Shown here in pieces: positions 11,852 through 24,270 of a DNA stretch of 64,000 bases (positions are counted from its first letter, which is position 1; every line of letters begins with the position of its first letter). The DNA comes from Lepidodermella squamata (Eukaryota > Animalia > Gastrotricha). Both the position numbers and the translations under genes were made by a program. The stretch spans positions 4,340,001-4,404,000 of the forward strand of contig JBLDXI010000013.1 in assembly GCA_047495785.1 (NCBI GenBank), given 5' to 3'. The notes beneath the pieces were generated by a model. That model was not told where the DNA came from. It worked only from the letters and a program-made list of their open reading frames with translations, and did not search any database.

Positions 11852-13209
11852 GGGTGTTTTTTTTTATTCGACCCGACTTGCCCGCGCCCGCACTGCCCGC
11901 ACACGTTCATTAATTCCACCCAGACCGCCCGTACATCCACGGGCGCCCGAACAAATTTTTTTATCCGCCCGGCTTGCCCGCACTCTACACATCGCCCATA
12001 TATGCGTTTTTTTTATTGACCCCGGAATTTCGGGAAGCTCAGGTGTAGGCACCGGAAGACAGATTTTTCGATGTAAACGCCAGAGGTTTTCAGGCAATGA
12101 AGTCTTCTACACAGCTCCAAATTTTCATTTCAAGATGAGCTTCAGAAGTGGGCGACCCGAAAATTCGGGGTGAATAAAAAAACACACCCTATCGCCCGGC
12201 CTCTCAAGACCGGGCAGCTGCGGGAAAAATGATCACGCACGCGATTCGCAGCAGCAAAAAATTGCAAAAACAATAAATACAAGTGATAAAGCAGTGCTAT
12301 TGATTTTATTTCTGCTGCTGAATAATAATTCAGAAAATTATAAAAATAAATGCAAAATAATTATGCTCAATAAGAAGTACGGTGAAATCGCAGCGATTGA
12401 CAAGCGATATCGGGTGGGTACTTCACCTCAATTTATCTCAAATGGTCCCACATTGGATTTGCTTTACATTATTTTTGCTTCGCGGTATAGAACTGAGAGA
12501 TGCGAAGTTCGGATATAGCCACGGGTATCGAATCACAATAGCAGTGGTAGAAAACTACTGAACGTCTAAAACCATATCAATTATCCAATTTTAATAATGC
12601 TTCATTAAACAGCCGTTAATGAATATTATATCACATCTAAATAATTTAATCATTCATCGATTATTATCTTCATCTTTTTCTGATTTTGGAGCTGCGTTTC
12701 AAAACAGGTCTGCCTAAAAAACCACGGACATTTTCGCAAAATTCGCAAATTTTGAATTCAAGATTCCAGCCTCCGTTAAAAATGGGAAATTGCGATAAGA
12801 AATATCATATGAAATCAAACACTATTTGGTCACATTTCAGGCTGTAGGCTGGAATATGCGAATAACATTTTCCCTTGGTTTGTGAGCATAGGCATGAATC
12901 AGCTATCGCAGTAGAAAATCGCGAAAATAAAGTTATATTAGCTCTAGAGCCCGATTACGTTTTTTTACTCGCCCGTATTTCCCAGCTCGCCCGCGTAGAA
13001 GTTGTTTTGATAAAAAAACGTTTTCGGACCGCCCGCACAGCCCGGATTTTTTTATTCATGTCGCCCGTGATGCCCAACTCGCCGCCCGGACGAAAAATCC
13101 GGGGAATAAAAAAATGTACACGCGCCCGCAAAGCCCGTATTTTTTTATTGCTCGCCCGTACAATCCGCCGGATCTCCCCGGGCGCAGTGGGGAATAAAAA
13201 AAAACACCC
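11852..13209. mobile_element. Non-autonomous PIF/Harbinger-type DNA element
   Basis: TIRs GGGTGTTTTTTTTTATTC / GAATAAAAAAAAACACCC, flanked by TTA on both sides (11849-11851, 13210-13212). Subterminal GCCCG arrays; a second right-end copy at ~12172-12189. Confidence 0.72.
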
Positions 13210-13464
13210 TTAGAACACGTGCGTTGTTCTAATTAGCGAAGATTACACGCACGTTTTTTATTGCGCGTAATTGCTCATTCATAAAACAGCAACGCATTTT
13301 TACGCACAGCAATCATTTTATTTCTATTGCACACAAAATACGCTGTTAATAACCGAGACGATAGCCGAGGTTACCAAAGGCGAGCGCAGCGATGCCATCA
13401 AAATAAAGCGAGGCGAAGCCGAGTCTAGTCGTGGAAGGCGAGAGTAGCGAGCCTGGATGAGACG

Positions 13465-13548
13465 TTTCAATCCAATAGCCGCGTTGCACCAGGAAGTCGC
13501 GATCACCGCGTCGATGAGCTTCAACTTCATCCAAGGTCATGGCGAACG
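13465..13548 (-). pseudogene. Inverted fragment of the last coding exon of paralog A
   Basis: Reverse complement matches 9640-9723 at 80/84 nt (FAMTLDEVEAHRRGDRDFLVQRGYWIE). Confidence 0.92.
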
Positions 13549-13984
13549 ATCTCACGTGATCTAAACCGACCCAAACCGGAGAAACCGGAGTATTTGCTAA
13601 GTATTCAAAGTTCAAAGTCTTAGGATATAATGGGGAAATCAAGGTGAAAAGGCTGTCCCATGTCAACATCATTATTTCATCAGCTCTCGTTAATCCATCG
13701 TATTTTATTCTAATTTCAATCAACACCAATTGCCATGAAATTTGAGTAATAAAATATCTCTGAGTCACACTTCACACGTGAATCTATTTGTTCGCGGGTT
13801 TAACAGCCATCACGCGATCACTTAATTACGCAATAAACCAATTGGCTGCGCTAGCCGCACGCGTTCAATTTTTCGAATGAAACAAAAGCACGCGAAAAAT
13901 CGCCGTGTCACCTCATCTCAAAATCTACTTTTTATTTTATCTCATTCATTTAAATTTTATTTTACCCGAAAAAAATCACGTTAA

Positions 13985-16900
13985 ATGGTGAGATTTGTTC
14001 AATGGATCTTCGGCCTAGTTCTGGCCATTTCCGCCTCCGCCTGGGCCAACAAGCCGTGCTGCTCGCCTGATTTCGTCTTCATCATCGATATCACGGAAAA
14101 GGTCGGCTTCAGCCACCGAGCTGGCGAGACGCATGTTCGCAATTTCCTCGAAGAAATCGTCTTCAAAAACTCGCGACGCGACTGCGATGAAGTCCGAGCG
14201 GCTATCATCGAGTACGGCTCCCAGGCCCGCATTAAATTCGACTTTGCCAAGTACCCGACCAACAAGCAGATCCGCGAGCACATCGCCAGCTACAAGCCGG
14301 GCAAGAGCCTAGGCGGTACCTCGAACCCGAAGGGCGCTTTCACTGGTTTGAAGAAGCTGCTGGAAGACGCGACTCGCGGCCGTCGTGCCTCGAACCCGCT
14401 CACCGTTTTCTGGCTCGTCAAGTCGAACCCGGCTGATGTTGCCGCTCTCGAGTACGTCGTCGATGAGATCAAGGCTGCGAATCCTTCGATTCAGATCGTC
14501 GTCCTCGCGGTTGGCGATAATGTCGACACCAAGGACATCAAGTTCGTGGCGACGTCGTCCAAGATTTTCTACCATGTGAGTATTGATGTAATTGCGAGCT
14601 TTGTGAGCTTTCGGGTGCCGCTAGGGTACATCGAAGGCTAATCGTCACTTTTTTCGAACTAGTTCTGCCGAGTGCGCGAAAATAGAGCAGATCAAGGTCA
14701 GAGACCTATACCTTATTCTATACCTTAGTAGAGCAAGATTCGGTCATTTCATTTTCATCTCTTATCACGAATATAAGAAGGTATAGAAGGCCACGGGAAA
14801 TTACTCAGGCTATGTGGGTTAAGTCGATTTTCCAAAAATTGGTGAATATTCAGATAATTCAGCAAATATTCAGCAATATGTAGTCCCAAACTATAATTTT
14901 CGAGGGAAAATAATTACTAGGAAAAATAGTAAATAATCTGGATATTTCTCAGCTTGAAAACGTATTATTTAGAGTTTTTTGAGAAGATTCGTTTTTTGCT
15001 AATAAAAAAATTGAAAAATTAAGACATAGCAGAAAGTTGAATACAAGCTTTGAGGATACCAGCTAGCTTAATTATTGGACGCTATTTTTTAGCAGAATAC
15101 CAGAATACATTATAGCGGAACCATATTTGCATATTGCGGAACGTATTTTAGATAGGCAAAAGGTCGATTTTCGAATATTTCTACGAAATAAGGCAATGTA
15201 GGAATTCTATAGTGAAGAATGCGTCTTTTACGGAAGTTTACGCTGAATTAAAAGGTGATTCCTTTAAAATTACGCTTATCAATCACGGCATCCTTGAAAG
15301 TTTCGAAAAATGGTTTGAGGCCCATTGAAAATTCCAAAATTTGGTTCCGCTAGAAGTAAGACCCTTTTCCCTTTTTGTTGGAACTTGGAACGCAATAAGG
15401 CTCAAATTGTAGGCGTGAATAGTGAATAATATGAAAGAATTTTACTGTTAAAAAAACTAGCTCTACCCTGAATACTCACGGAAAGATTTTTCTTCGATTC
15501 TAATCTCTCTAATCTCTGATCTCTGATCTCTCTAATCGATTTTCCTCTTATCTGCGATCTTCTTCAGCCTAACTTTATGAATCCTTTTTTTCCTATCACA
15601 GATCGATAATGATCATGGTCTCGCGAAAGCTGGTGCTTCTGTCAAGATCGAATACTGCCACTCTAGCGGTAAGACTACAACCACCGTTCGCACCACGACA
15701 CAAGACCCGGCCACTTCTGATCGCGCCACGACCGCCAGGAACCCGGGTACAACCCCTCGTGCTACGACCCGTCGCGCTACAACGACCCCGACCCGTGCGA
15801 CTACCCGCCTGAACGACGCTACTACGGCGTCTTTCCCCGAGTCGATCCCAGCCGATGATTTCTGCTTCTCAAGCCGTGCTAGCCGCAACTCGAAGGACGT
15901 GTTCGCCGACCCGAACGAGTGCCACCACTACTACCAGTGCTTCTACATGAACGAGACGACAGCGTTCGGCATCCGCCGCGTGTGCCCGGTTGGCACCTTC
16001 TGGCGCGAGGCCATCCTCGCGTGCCTGCCCGAGCCCGACGCGGCCCGCCCGTGCTTCGACCCGTGCGTTGACGATGCGCTGCGCTGCTACCCAGGCAACC
16101 AGGGCTGCCGGTCGTTCTACAAGTGCTCCAACACTGCCTCGTACGGCATGTGCTGCCCGGAAGGTAAGATGAGTTCAGAATTCAGAATACATAACGCCTT
16201 AATGACAGCCCTGTGCCAAGAAAATTTCAAGCCATACCCTAAATTTAGGGCTCCAGCAGTATATTTTCACGAAATATGATTGTTCAATTTTGCGCCTTTC
16301 CAAAAATCATGCCAAACCCATTAATTCAACCTGCGTAGGCGATATCGATTCCAAGTATCGATTTTACAAATCAGTGATTTTTCCGATATCGGAAGTGGCG
16401 GAATCTAACATTGGAAATTTTTGTGCACAGCTGACGGTACCGGATAGCTAAAGTAAAAAAAACCAGGGTCATGGGCATAGCAATATTGATCGAGAAAAGA
16501 AAAACCGATATCGCAAAAATTAAAAATTTTTAGTGTTCGGGCTCCCAATTTTAGTGGTGCAAATATTTTGCCTCTTTTTACTACCATTTGATCTCAGAAT
16601 CAGCTTGCAGGTGCTATATCGATTTTACAAATCAGTGATTTTCCGAATTTCCGGCCTAGGCGTAGGCAATCAAGGAAAATTGACTCTGGGGCCCATCTAG
16701 GGTTACCAGGTAGCTAGAATAAAAAGGTCATAAGATCCATTATTATCGGAAAAAAAAATAAAATAAAAATCACAAAATACCTATAATTAGTTATCAATTA
16801 AGCGCTGGAACCTAAAATATAGTGTTACAGTTAGTAGTAGGACCGGAGTAAACCGTAACGGTTTTTCTGGATTCAAAATTCAAAAATATTCCCACGGTCG

Positions 16901-19128
16901 ATTATCGCTCCGAAACAGCCCTAATCATAACTCTAGCCAAACTAAGGTCGTTTGAATTTTTGCGCGACATTGGGTTAGGGTTAGGGTTATTTTGGCGCGA
17001 AAATCGACCGTGGGAATATTGAATCCAGAAAAACCGTTACGGTTCACTCCGGTCCTACTACTAAAATTATGTATTCCCAATTTCTTCTGATCGTTCCGCC
17101 TCGTCATTCCCACACCAGTGGAAAATAATATTTTTTTTTAAATTCCAGGTACCGTTTATAACGATGCTACTTGCGGCTGTGATGAATCGGCGACCTGCAC
17201 GGACAACTGCGTGCAACGCGGCCCGGCCGTTCCGACTACCGTGGCGCCGTCGACCAGCTACAACGCGACCGTGTGCCGCGACTCGTGGGGCACCTACATC
17301 TCATCGGTCGCCGGCCAGGCCAACGCCTTCCGCCTCATCGACGTCGAGGGCAACCCGACTGACCTGCAGTTCTGCCCGAACGGCGTTGATTTCGACCTCG
17401 CCTCGTGCTCGTGCTCGTCCTACAACGACAACGCCGTCGCGCCCGACGCCACCGTGTCGCGCCGCGCCCTCATCTGGCTGCCGTTCGATAACGATGATAA
17501 GGATTATTCCATCAACAAGTTCGCCACCTTCCGCTACGACGGAGCTGAGGTCGACACGACCGTCAGCGCGTTCGGTGGTGGTTCGCTCTTCGTCAACAAC
17601 GGCCACTTGTCGATTCCTGGCCTCAAGACCTACGACTTCCAAGCCGCTGGCAGCTGGTGCGCTCATTTCCGGTTTGTTCGCCTTTTTCAATGATTTTCTC
17701 AGGGAATAATTCATTTTAGATTTTGAATAGAACGCAAAATAGATGTGCCAATGTTGCTTCCGAATTATTCCGAAGGGTTTCACCGACTATAACTCTGGAT
17801 TTTCCCGAAATTCGAAATTCGAAATAAAGTTCAAAATAGATTCGGTTAAATATTCGCAATAATTGCTCAAATTTCGAAATTTTCATTTTTTCAGAAACAA
17901 AATTCCAATTTTATTTTGTACAGAATAAGAAAAATAGCGAAGATGTTGTTTCGATATTTTTTGATCGTTCAAGATTCAAAATTCAAGATACTACAACGGG
18001 TTCTAAATTTGGGCCATTTTAGCTTTGGTCCCAACTATCCTTATCATAAGTAGAGAAAATAAACGAAAAAAGGTTCAGAAACTGTAAAATGTCACATCTC
18101 ATGACCAGAAAATTTTTAGAAAAATTCAAAAAGTCACGAGAATAGTAATCAAGTATGTCACTTGTTAATGTGATTAAAAACCCCGGAGATATTTGGTCTA
18201 ACCGGGGTTAAATTCCGAAAATTACCGAACCAGTTACCATCGGGATTTTCCTGGTATTCTCGGGTTAATTTTTTTTAAATTCTTCGGTTATAGCGCGGAT
18301 GAAAGATCAAATATTCTCGCGGTAGGTTTGGAAAATTAGTTGAATTTCATACACAAAAATAAAAAATAAATAAAAATATATGTATAACTCTGGGACACTA
18401 TGTAGATTTTTTTCGATTATTTTTCAAAGCTCAAAGTGAGCTCAAAATTTCTCAACTTGTACATGCCGATCCAGAGGCTTCGGGCCAAGGGTTGGCATTT
18501 TTCCTAAATTTGCAAGCTTCATTAAACCTGCATTTTCGTGGAATAAATCGTTTAGAGTGTTTACTAAGGCTAACCTTCTCTTTTCTTTGCACAGATGCGA
18601 ATCCGGCAACGGTTTCAGCTGCTCGAGCAACGGTGGTATCATCTCGAACAACAAGGATTCTGCCTCGAGCGAATACACCGTCATCATCGGCACCTCATCT
18701 GCCAACGCTGTTTCGGGCCGTCTCCGCTTCTGGCACACCAACAGCGTCCAGACTGTTCAAGCTTCGATTGCTACCCCTAGCAACGGCTGGAACCACGTTT
18801 GCATCACTTACGATGGCAATACTGTCAATCTCTACCTCAACGGCGTAAGTAAACAAAATCATTTGTATATATATTTTAAATTCTTAATTTCTTTGAAAAT
18901 TGTTTAATAATTTTGTTTTCGCAGGTTGTTGCCGATAGCGAGAATGTAGCCGGCTACCTGTCGATCGCCCACAGCCCGTACGTCATCGGTAACGACCAGA
19001 ACTTGGGCTACTTCACCGGCCACATCGATGAAGTCATCTTCACGTCGTTCGCCATGACCGCGGCTGAAGTCAACTACGCCCGTCTCGGCAACTACGCTGA
19101 ACTTCGCAACCTTGGTTTCTGGAATTGA
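13985..19128 (+). CDS. Secreted VWA + Thr-rich linker + chitin-binding + laminin-G protein (Pif/BMSP-like), paralog B
   Basis: Exons 13985-14575, 15602-16163, 17149-17671, 18595-18844 and 18925-19128, all GT-AG and in frame. Shares CCSPDF, ADPNECHHYYQCFY, NTASYGMCCPEG, GHLSIPGLKT, GWNHVC and GHID with paralog A. Confidence 0.92.
16232..16650. repeat. Dispersed intronic repeat family, copy 1
   Basis: Core caagtatcgattttacaaatcagtgatttttccgatatc recurs at ~16350, ~16620, ~31568, ~61300 and, inverted, ~63215-63265. Confidence 0.8.
16832..17063. mobile_element. Palindromic MITE with central telomere-like TTAGGG repeats
   Basis: Arms tagtagtaggaccggagtaaaccgtaacggtttttctggattcaa / ttgaatccagaaaaaccgttacggttcactccggtcctactacta. 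The centre contains gggttagggttagggtt; ends are TA. Confidence 0.85.
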
Positions 19129-20242
19129 ACAACCAACCTATGAACTTAGCCAAATTTATTCGAATATTCTTTTCTTATATTGTATCAGTGTCAATTATTG
19201 AAGCTTCGAAAGCTTCGAACAAACTGGCGTGATTGAATTCTATAGCGACTTATTTTTTTTCGCTATGAAGTAAAAACTTGACAACTCTGCATTTTTACGT
19301 CTCGAGTTACATTAATTTCAAAACCGAATGGTACAAGGTAGCTAAAAGATGACCACAAGGAGCATTATCGTCGATCAACTGAAGTGCAAAACATCGGAAA
19401 ACCGGGTGCCACCTGGTGGAAAAATAGTAAAATAGCCGATTACCTTAATACTCGAGTTTTACGAGCTCGAGGCAGGGTTAAAAAGCATTAGGGACAATCG
19501 ATTTAACGCTTAACAGCCGTTATTTCTCGATTCTCGATCGATCAGGTTGTGCAATATGAAAAATTTAGAGGTACCAAATAGCGCTTCAAATGGTGAACAC
19601 CACTATTATTATTTCGAAATTTTCAGAGCAACTTTGTAAAGCAGTGAAATCAGGATAAACAATTTCTTGATTCTAAATAAATATCAAATTAACTAATAAT
19701 TAAATCGAAATTGAAGCATATTAGTTGGGTAATTCTGATCAAGCTCTACATTTTGATGATTGGAGCGAGTATGCACGATTTTTCCCTGATTTTCTAAAAT
19801 TTTATCAATTATTCCGCTTGGATTTTTACATTATAAAAATCGAGATTGCCCGTCGGACCTTTGTTGACAGAACGTGCGCCGCGTGGTAGTGGCGTGGCTG
19901 TTGAATTGAGTCCGGAGCTGGATCAGCGGTCGAATTTAGTGAAAAACCAGTCATTCAACGAATCAATGAAAAATTTCCAGAAAATCAGAAAAAATTCGTC
20001 CAAGTATCGAAGAATCCAAGCTTATCAAACTCACTGTCCCCTGATGCGCAGAATGCACCGACGGCTCACGCCAGTTGACCAGTTGACGTAAAACCACCTG
20101 CTCAGCCTGCCATACATTTTTCGCAACGCACAAATTAATGAAGAACGGATTATGAAACGGAATTGGAACGGAACTTCGAGACACTTGTGATATTCACTTT
20201 TTCTCCCATTATCATTCCTCGATTATCTAATTGTTTGCCATC

Positions 20243-20354
20243 CTACCTAGAGAGTTAGTTCAAGCATGGCTTCAACTGCAAACTGTAACTTGAATTCAAC
20301 TACCGTAAACTACCGTTTGCCTCGTTCAACTTAAATGGGACAATGATAGCGCAA
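20243..20354 (+). pseudogene. Truncated, frameshifted duplicate of the 5' end of the trypsin-fold gene at 22148
   Basis: ttcaagcatggcttcaactgcaaac...tttgcctcgttcaact...gggacaatgatagcgcaaa matches 22120-22239 with indels. Confidence 0.85.
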
Positions 20355-21185
20355 AAATACATTGTTTATCAGATAGGAAAATATAACCTAACTGGCTGTT
20401 CCCGATGATAAAGTGATTGAAATAATCAAACCCAAAACAAACAGATAGTTCGAAGCTGTCACTGAATTCGCTGTTACGCTAATTAAAAAATAATAAAAAA
20501 TCCACCTTAATAAATCGCTAATTGAAAATCTTTGTTTTTCTTTGTTTCTTTTATTACTTTTTTGCGCCGTTTTTCCCAACGTTGTTACATTTTGTCACCT
20601 TTACAGTCATCATTCGGTAAGTTTTTCGATCAACAATTTGTAACGTAGTTCATCGAATTTTGCATGTTATTCGACGCATTGCGGCTCGTATTATCAAAAC
20701 AGGAGTCACTTTGCCTGCTTATTACTTCAGCTTGGTCTTGACAGTGGAGTATTAACAGGCAAAATTTCTCTTACTCGGAATCATTCTGATCGGATTTTTA
20801 GTTTTCATTGGTCTTGACTTTGTAAATAAAAATCGGGCGAGAATGATTGCGAGCGTGATAATGAGCTAAAATTGCGTTAATCCAGAGAAATTCGATTAAC
20901 TATCGTGCTTTGCGGTAACTGGGTTTCCTTTGAATTTTGCAGAAATTTTCATTTTTATGGCCGAACACCTCAACCGAAGCACATTTCCGAGTAAAACTAT
21001 GTGCAATAAGAAATGTGAAAGCTCGAACTAAAGATGTCATTAGGGGTTATTTTCGAAGCTGTCTTTATGATAAAGTCGACGATAAAACCCCCATTGATTC
21101 AAAAAACTGGGATGATTACCCACAAAATGTTCAAACTCAACTGAAATATTTACACAAATTAGCGTATTAATTGTTCTTTTTTTAG

Positions 21186-21649
21186 ATTTATTAAAATGTC
21201 TCGTGAAAAACGCGATATAAATCTCGTTTCCAACTGGGAATACCTGCGAGAAAGATTAGGAGATGATGAGATCTCCCGTCATTACTATTGCGAATCTTGC
21301 AAATCTGCAATAGCCTTACCGGCAATTCTTTTTGGGGCGGATATCTACGCGAAAATTCCCGTTTTGAGGCAGAATTCAACATTCACAAGCGTGAGTAATT
21401 ATTTTCATCTAAAAAACATGAATGAATGTTCTCACCCCGACTTAGTGTGGAAACTGTGATGGAATGAAATCCCCGGATAGTTTTCAAGAGGCACTGAAAG
21501 CTGGCGACAAATCGAAGGTGACGAAGAAGGGGATCGACGGATCGGCTGCTTCCGCGGAACCGCCGATCGCTGAGATTTCGATGCTGAACGGGTCTGAAGT
21601 CGAAAACGACGACGACGACGACGACAGTGAAGATGAGGATGAAAATTGA
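21186..21649 (+). CDS. Small hypothetical protein with CxxC...CxxC and an acidic tail; 5' end uncertain
   Basis: A 55-nt GT-AG intron (21391-21445) joins YYCESCK..FTS to CGNCDG..DDDDDSEDEDEN. The upstream exon is ambiguous (donor 21129 or 21164). Confidence 0.45.
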
Positions 21650-22147
21650 ACGAAAAGTACTATTCCTGACTGTTTCTTGAACTGTTTCTTGACACGTTTC
21701 TTCAACTCTGTCTGACTTGAGCTGAAATGATTCGTTAAATCCGTGCTATGTGCCTATTTGCTACATTACCTTTTTGCTAACTCGACTCTCCCTCTGTTAT
21801 TGACTTAACTCTCCTGCTCTATCTCTCCGAGTTGAACTCGTTACGGAATATTTTGTTTACTTTACCTTCAAGCGCTGATCAGCTGGCCATCTCGCGCCCA
21901 AGGCGTAGCACCCGTTTCTCGTGAGTAAGCCAGTCTATAGTAGATTATGGCTATGGTTAATACGCTCAATACGCTGGGACTAATGCCCAATGATGAAATA
22001 TCAATCGTTCCAATTTTTCTTATTCCTATAAAAACTTGGAGGAAACGCTAAGTTTTGCTTCTGATGATAGTTGTATTTCTCCGAATACGCCCATGGTTTA
22101 AATTAAAATCGTTTGTTTTCCTAACCTAGTGAGTTGTTTTTTCAAGC

Positions 22148-23119
22148 ATGGCTTCAACTGCAAACAATGACTTGAATTCAACTTGTGACTACCGTGAATT
22201 TTGCCTCGTTCAACTCAAGTGGGACAATGATAGCGCAAATGGATTCCACTATGGTGGCGGATGGATTGTTACCAATTCCTGTGTTGTTGGTGAAAACGCA
22301 TCTCGTCTTCCTCGTATGAAGATTTCATACCGTTTGCCATCTGGCGTTACTAAAGAGCTACAGCCCATTCCTAATAGACTCTGCTTCTTCAAAAAAGCCG
22401 TAAGCGGAGTTACAGATGTCATTGACAACCAAGTTCCTGACATTGCCATATTTCGTCTGGAAGATTTTGAACTGCCGTTCCCCACTGCTATCAGCGACCA
22501 AGCACTCACACCTTTAGCTGTTAACTTGTCTGGCGACTATTCGTTGAATGCTGGTGACAAAACGTTTACGTTGTGGTATGACAAGTTCGGCGAATTGCAC
22601 CGTTCAGAAGAAGAAGGTGTTACTTTCAAAGGAGTATGTTCTCGCATGACTTATGTTATATATTTGCTAAATATCTGTCTTTTATAGGGACTCTTTTATC
22701 GCACTATCGGCAGTCTCAAGCCAAGCTCGTCTGGAGCTCCAGTTTATTCAGAAGCTTCCCGCCATTTAGTTGGTGTTCATTTTGCCTGCGACAGAGACAG
22801 ATCTATCGCTGTGTCTTTCAGTCTGGCATTTAGAATTCTTTCTGGACAAGTTCCTTGTATCAGTAATGCTCAAGTCGTCATTACGATGCTTCTTAATCCG
22901 AATCTCCCGCAAGTGGCTCGCTCCATCGTTCAAGAAATTGTGACTTGTCGTGCTAATGGTCGTGAGCATTCCGCATCTAAACGTTTTCTTCAATTGGCAT
23001 GTGATCCAGCTGCTGACAGTGATGATGTTCGCTTTTTAATTGAATGTACTGTACGTATGTGTGAGTGTCTCAAACATGGAATTGTCCCTGTTGTTCCTCC
23101 ACTCGGATATACTATCTGA
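22148..23119 (+). CDS. Trypsin-fold (V8/Trypsin_2-like) protease homologue, probably catalytically altered
   Basis: Exons 22148-22633 and 22688-23119 (54-nt intron). Motifs NGFHYGGGWIVTNSCVV, PDIAIF and PSSSGAPVY..LVGVHF. Confidence 0.65.
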
Positions 23120-24270
23120 ATACTTCGTAGATGTTATCGCGCTACATTGCTTGAAAAATGAAACGATTAATAAAAATTGAATGAAAGCTATTCAAGCATT
23201 GTGACGCCAAAATTGCGTCTCAAGAAAAATCTAAAAATTAAAAATTGTCGTTCTTGCGGCAAAACCGGCTCATTTTTCGCCTACTGTCCTCATTTACGAA
23301 ACCCTCCTCGAATACAAAAATTCAGCATAGGTCGTAATTTTAAAAATCGGTGAAATACGGTGGACAATTTTTTCTTTTCACGGTAGGTAAGAGGTAAGGT
23401 ACTGTAGTTAATTATAAAATCAAGTATCAGATTGCCTAAAGACCCGGGTATTTACATTTAAACACTTATTTGTTGTACAGGTGGTTATTAATTATTTTGC
23501 ATTAGTCCTTGATTACTTAGACGAAAATGTCAGGTAGGATTGATTGGGGCAGGTTGAACTTTTTGATGAATTCACGGAAGAATTTCGGGATTCCGACGCG
23601 GGCACCAACGAGCAACCCGATAGAAAACAAGTATAGAAAACATAATTTCGGTGTTTTAAATAAAAGGAATTAATTTTAATAATTAGTCTAAATTGAACCA
23701 GTTTCTGCATGATCCAGATAGGTGGAATTTAGATCTACATTCTGATACTTTGGAGCGAACTTGGATGATTTTTTCTGGAAATTTTAAAGAAATCCGCCCA
23801 GAAAAAACAACACGAAACTAACCGGGCATTCAAGTTCATCGCTTGAAATATCAAAACTTAGCTTTCGCTGTGATCTACCGGGATCTACCGGTGATCTACA
23901 CGGGAAAAGCTCAGAAACTCTAAAATGAGAGACGACGACACAAGGCCTGATCCAGAGGTGACCCTTACTTTTGTCGGATTTCAAATTTCGCAAATGCCGA
24001 TATTTCACTAGATGTTATTGAAGAGACAATTGTCAATTGCGGTAATTCAGTATAGTTAAAGTCACTCCAAGAAATCTAACTGATATTTTCCCACGAAGGA
24101 CTAAAGTACTTATACGTTGAAGATGACTTGCTTCTCCCACACTATTCTCTGATGAGTAAGACGAAAAGCCCGAGCTTCTATCAAAACGAGTTGCTTTATT
24201 CCGTATCAAATCAATGAGCTGTGCAACAAAAAGCGCATCAGTTATGCAGTATGGTAAAAAATCTTGGCGA

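Noticed and set aside
13346-13768. 140-aa minus-strand ORF as a third paralog
   Set aside because: Only 84 nt are homologous to paralog A; the rest is unrelated.
23246-23290. Gag-like zinc knuckle CRSCGKTGSFFAYC
   Set aside because: His is replaced by Ser, the ORF is short and there is no retroelement context.
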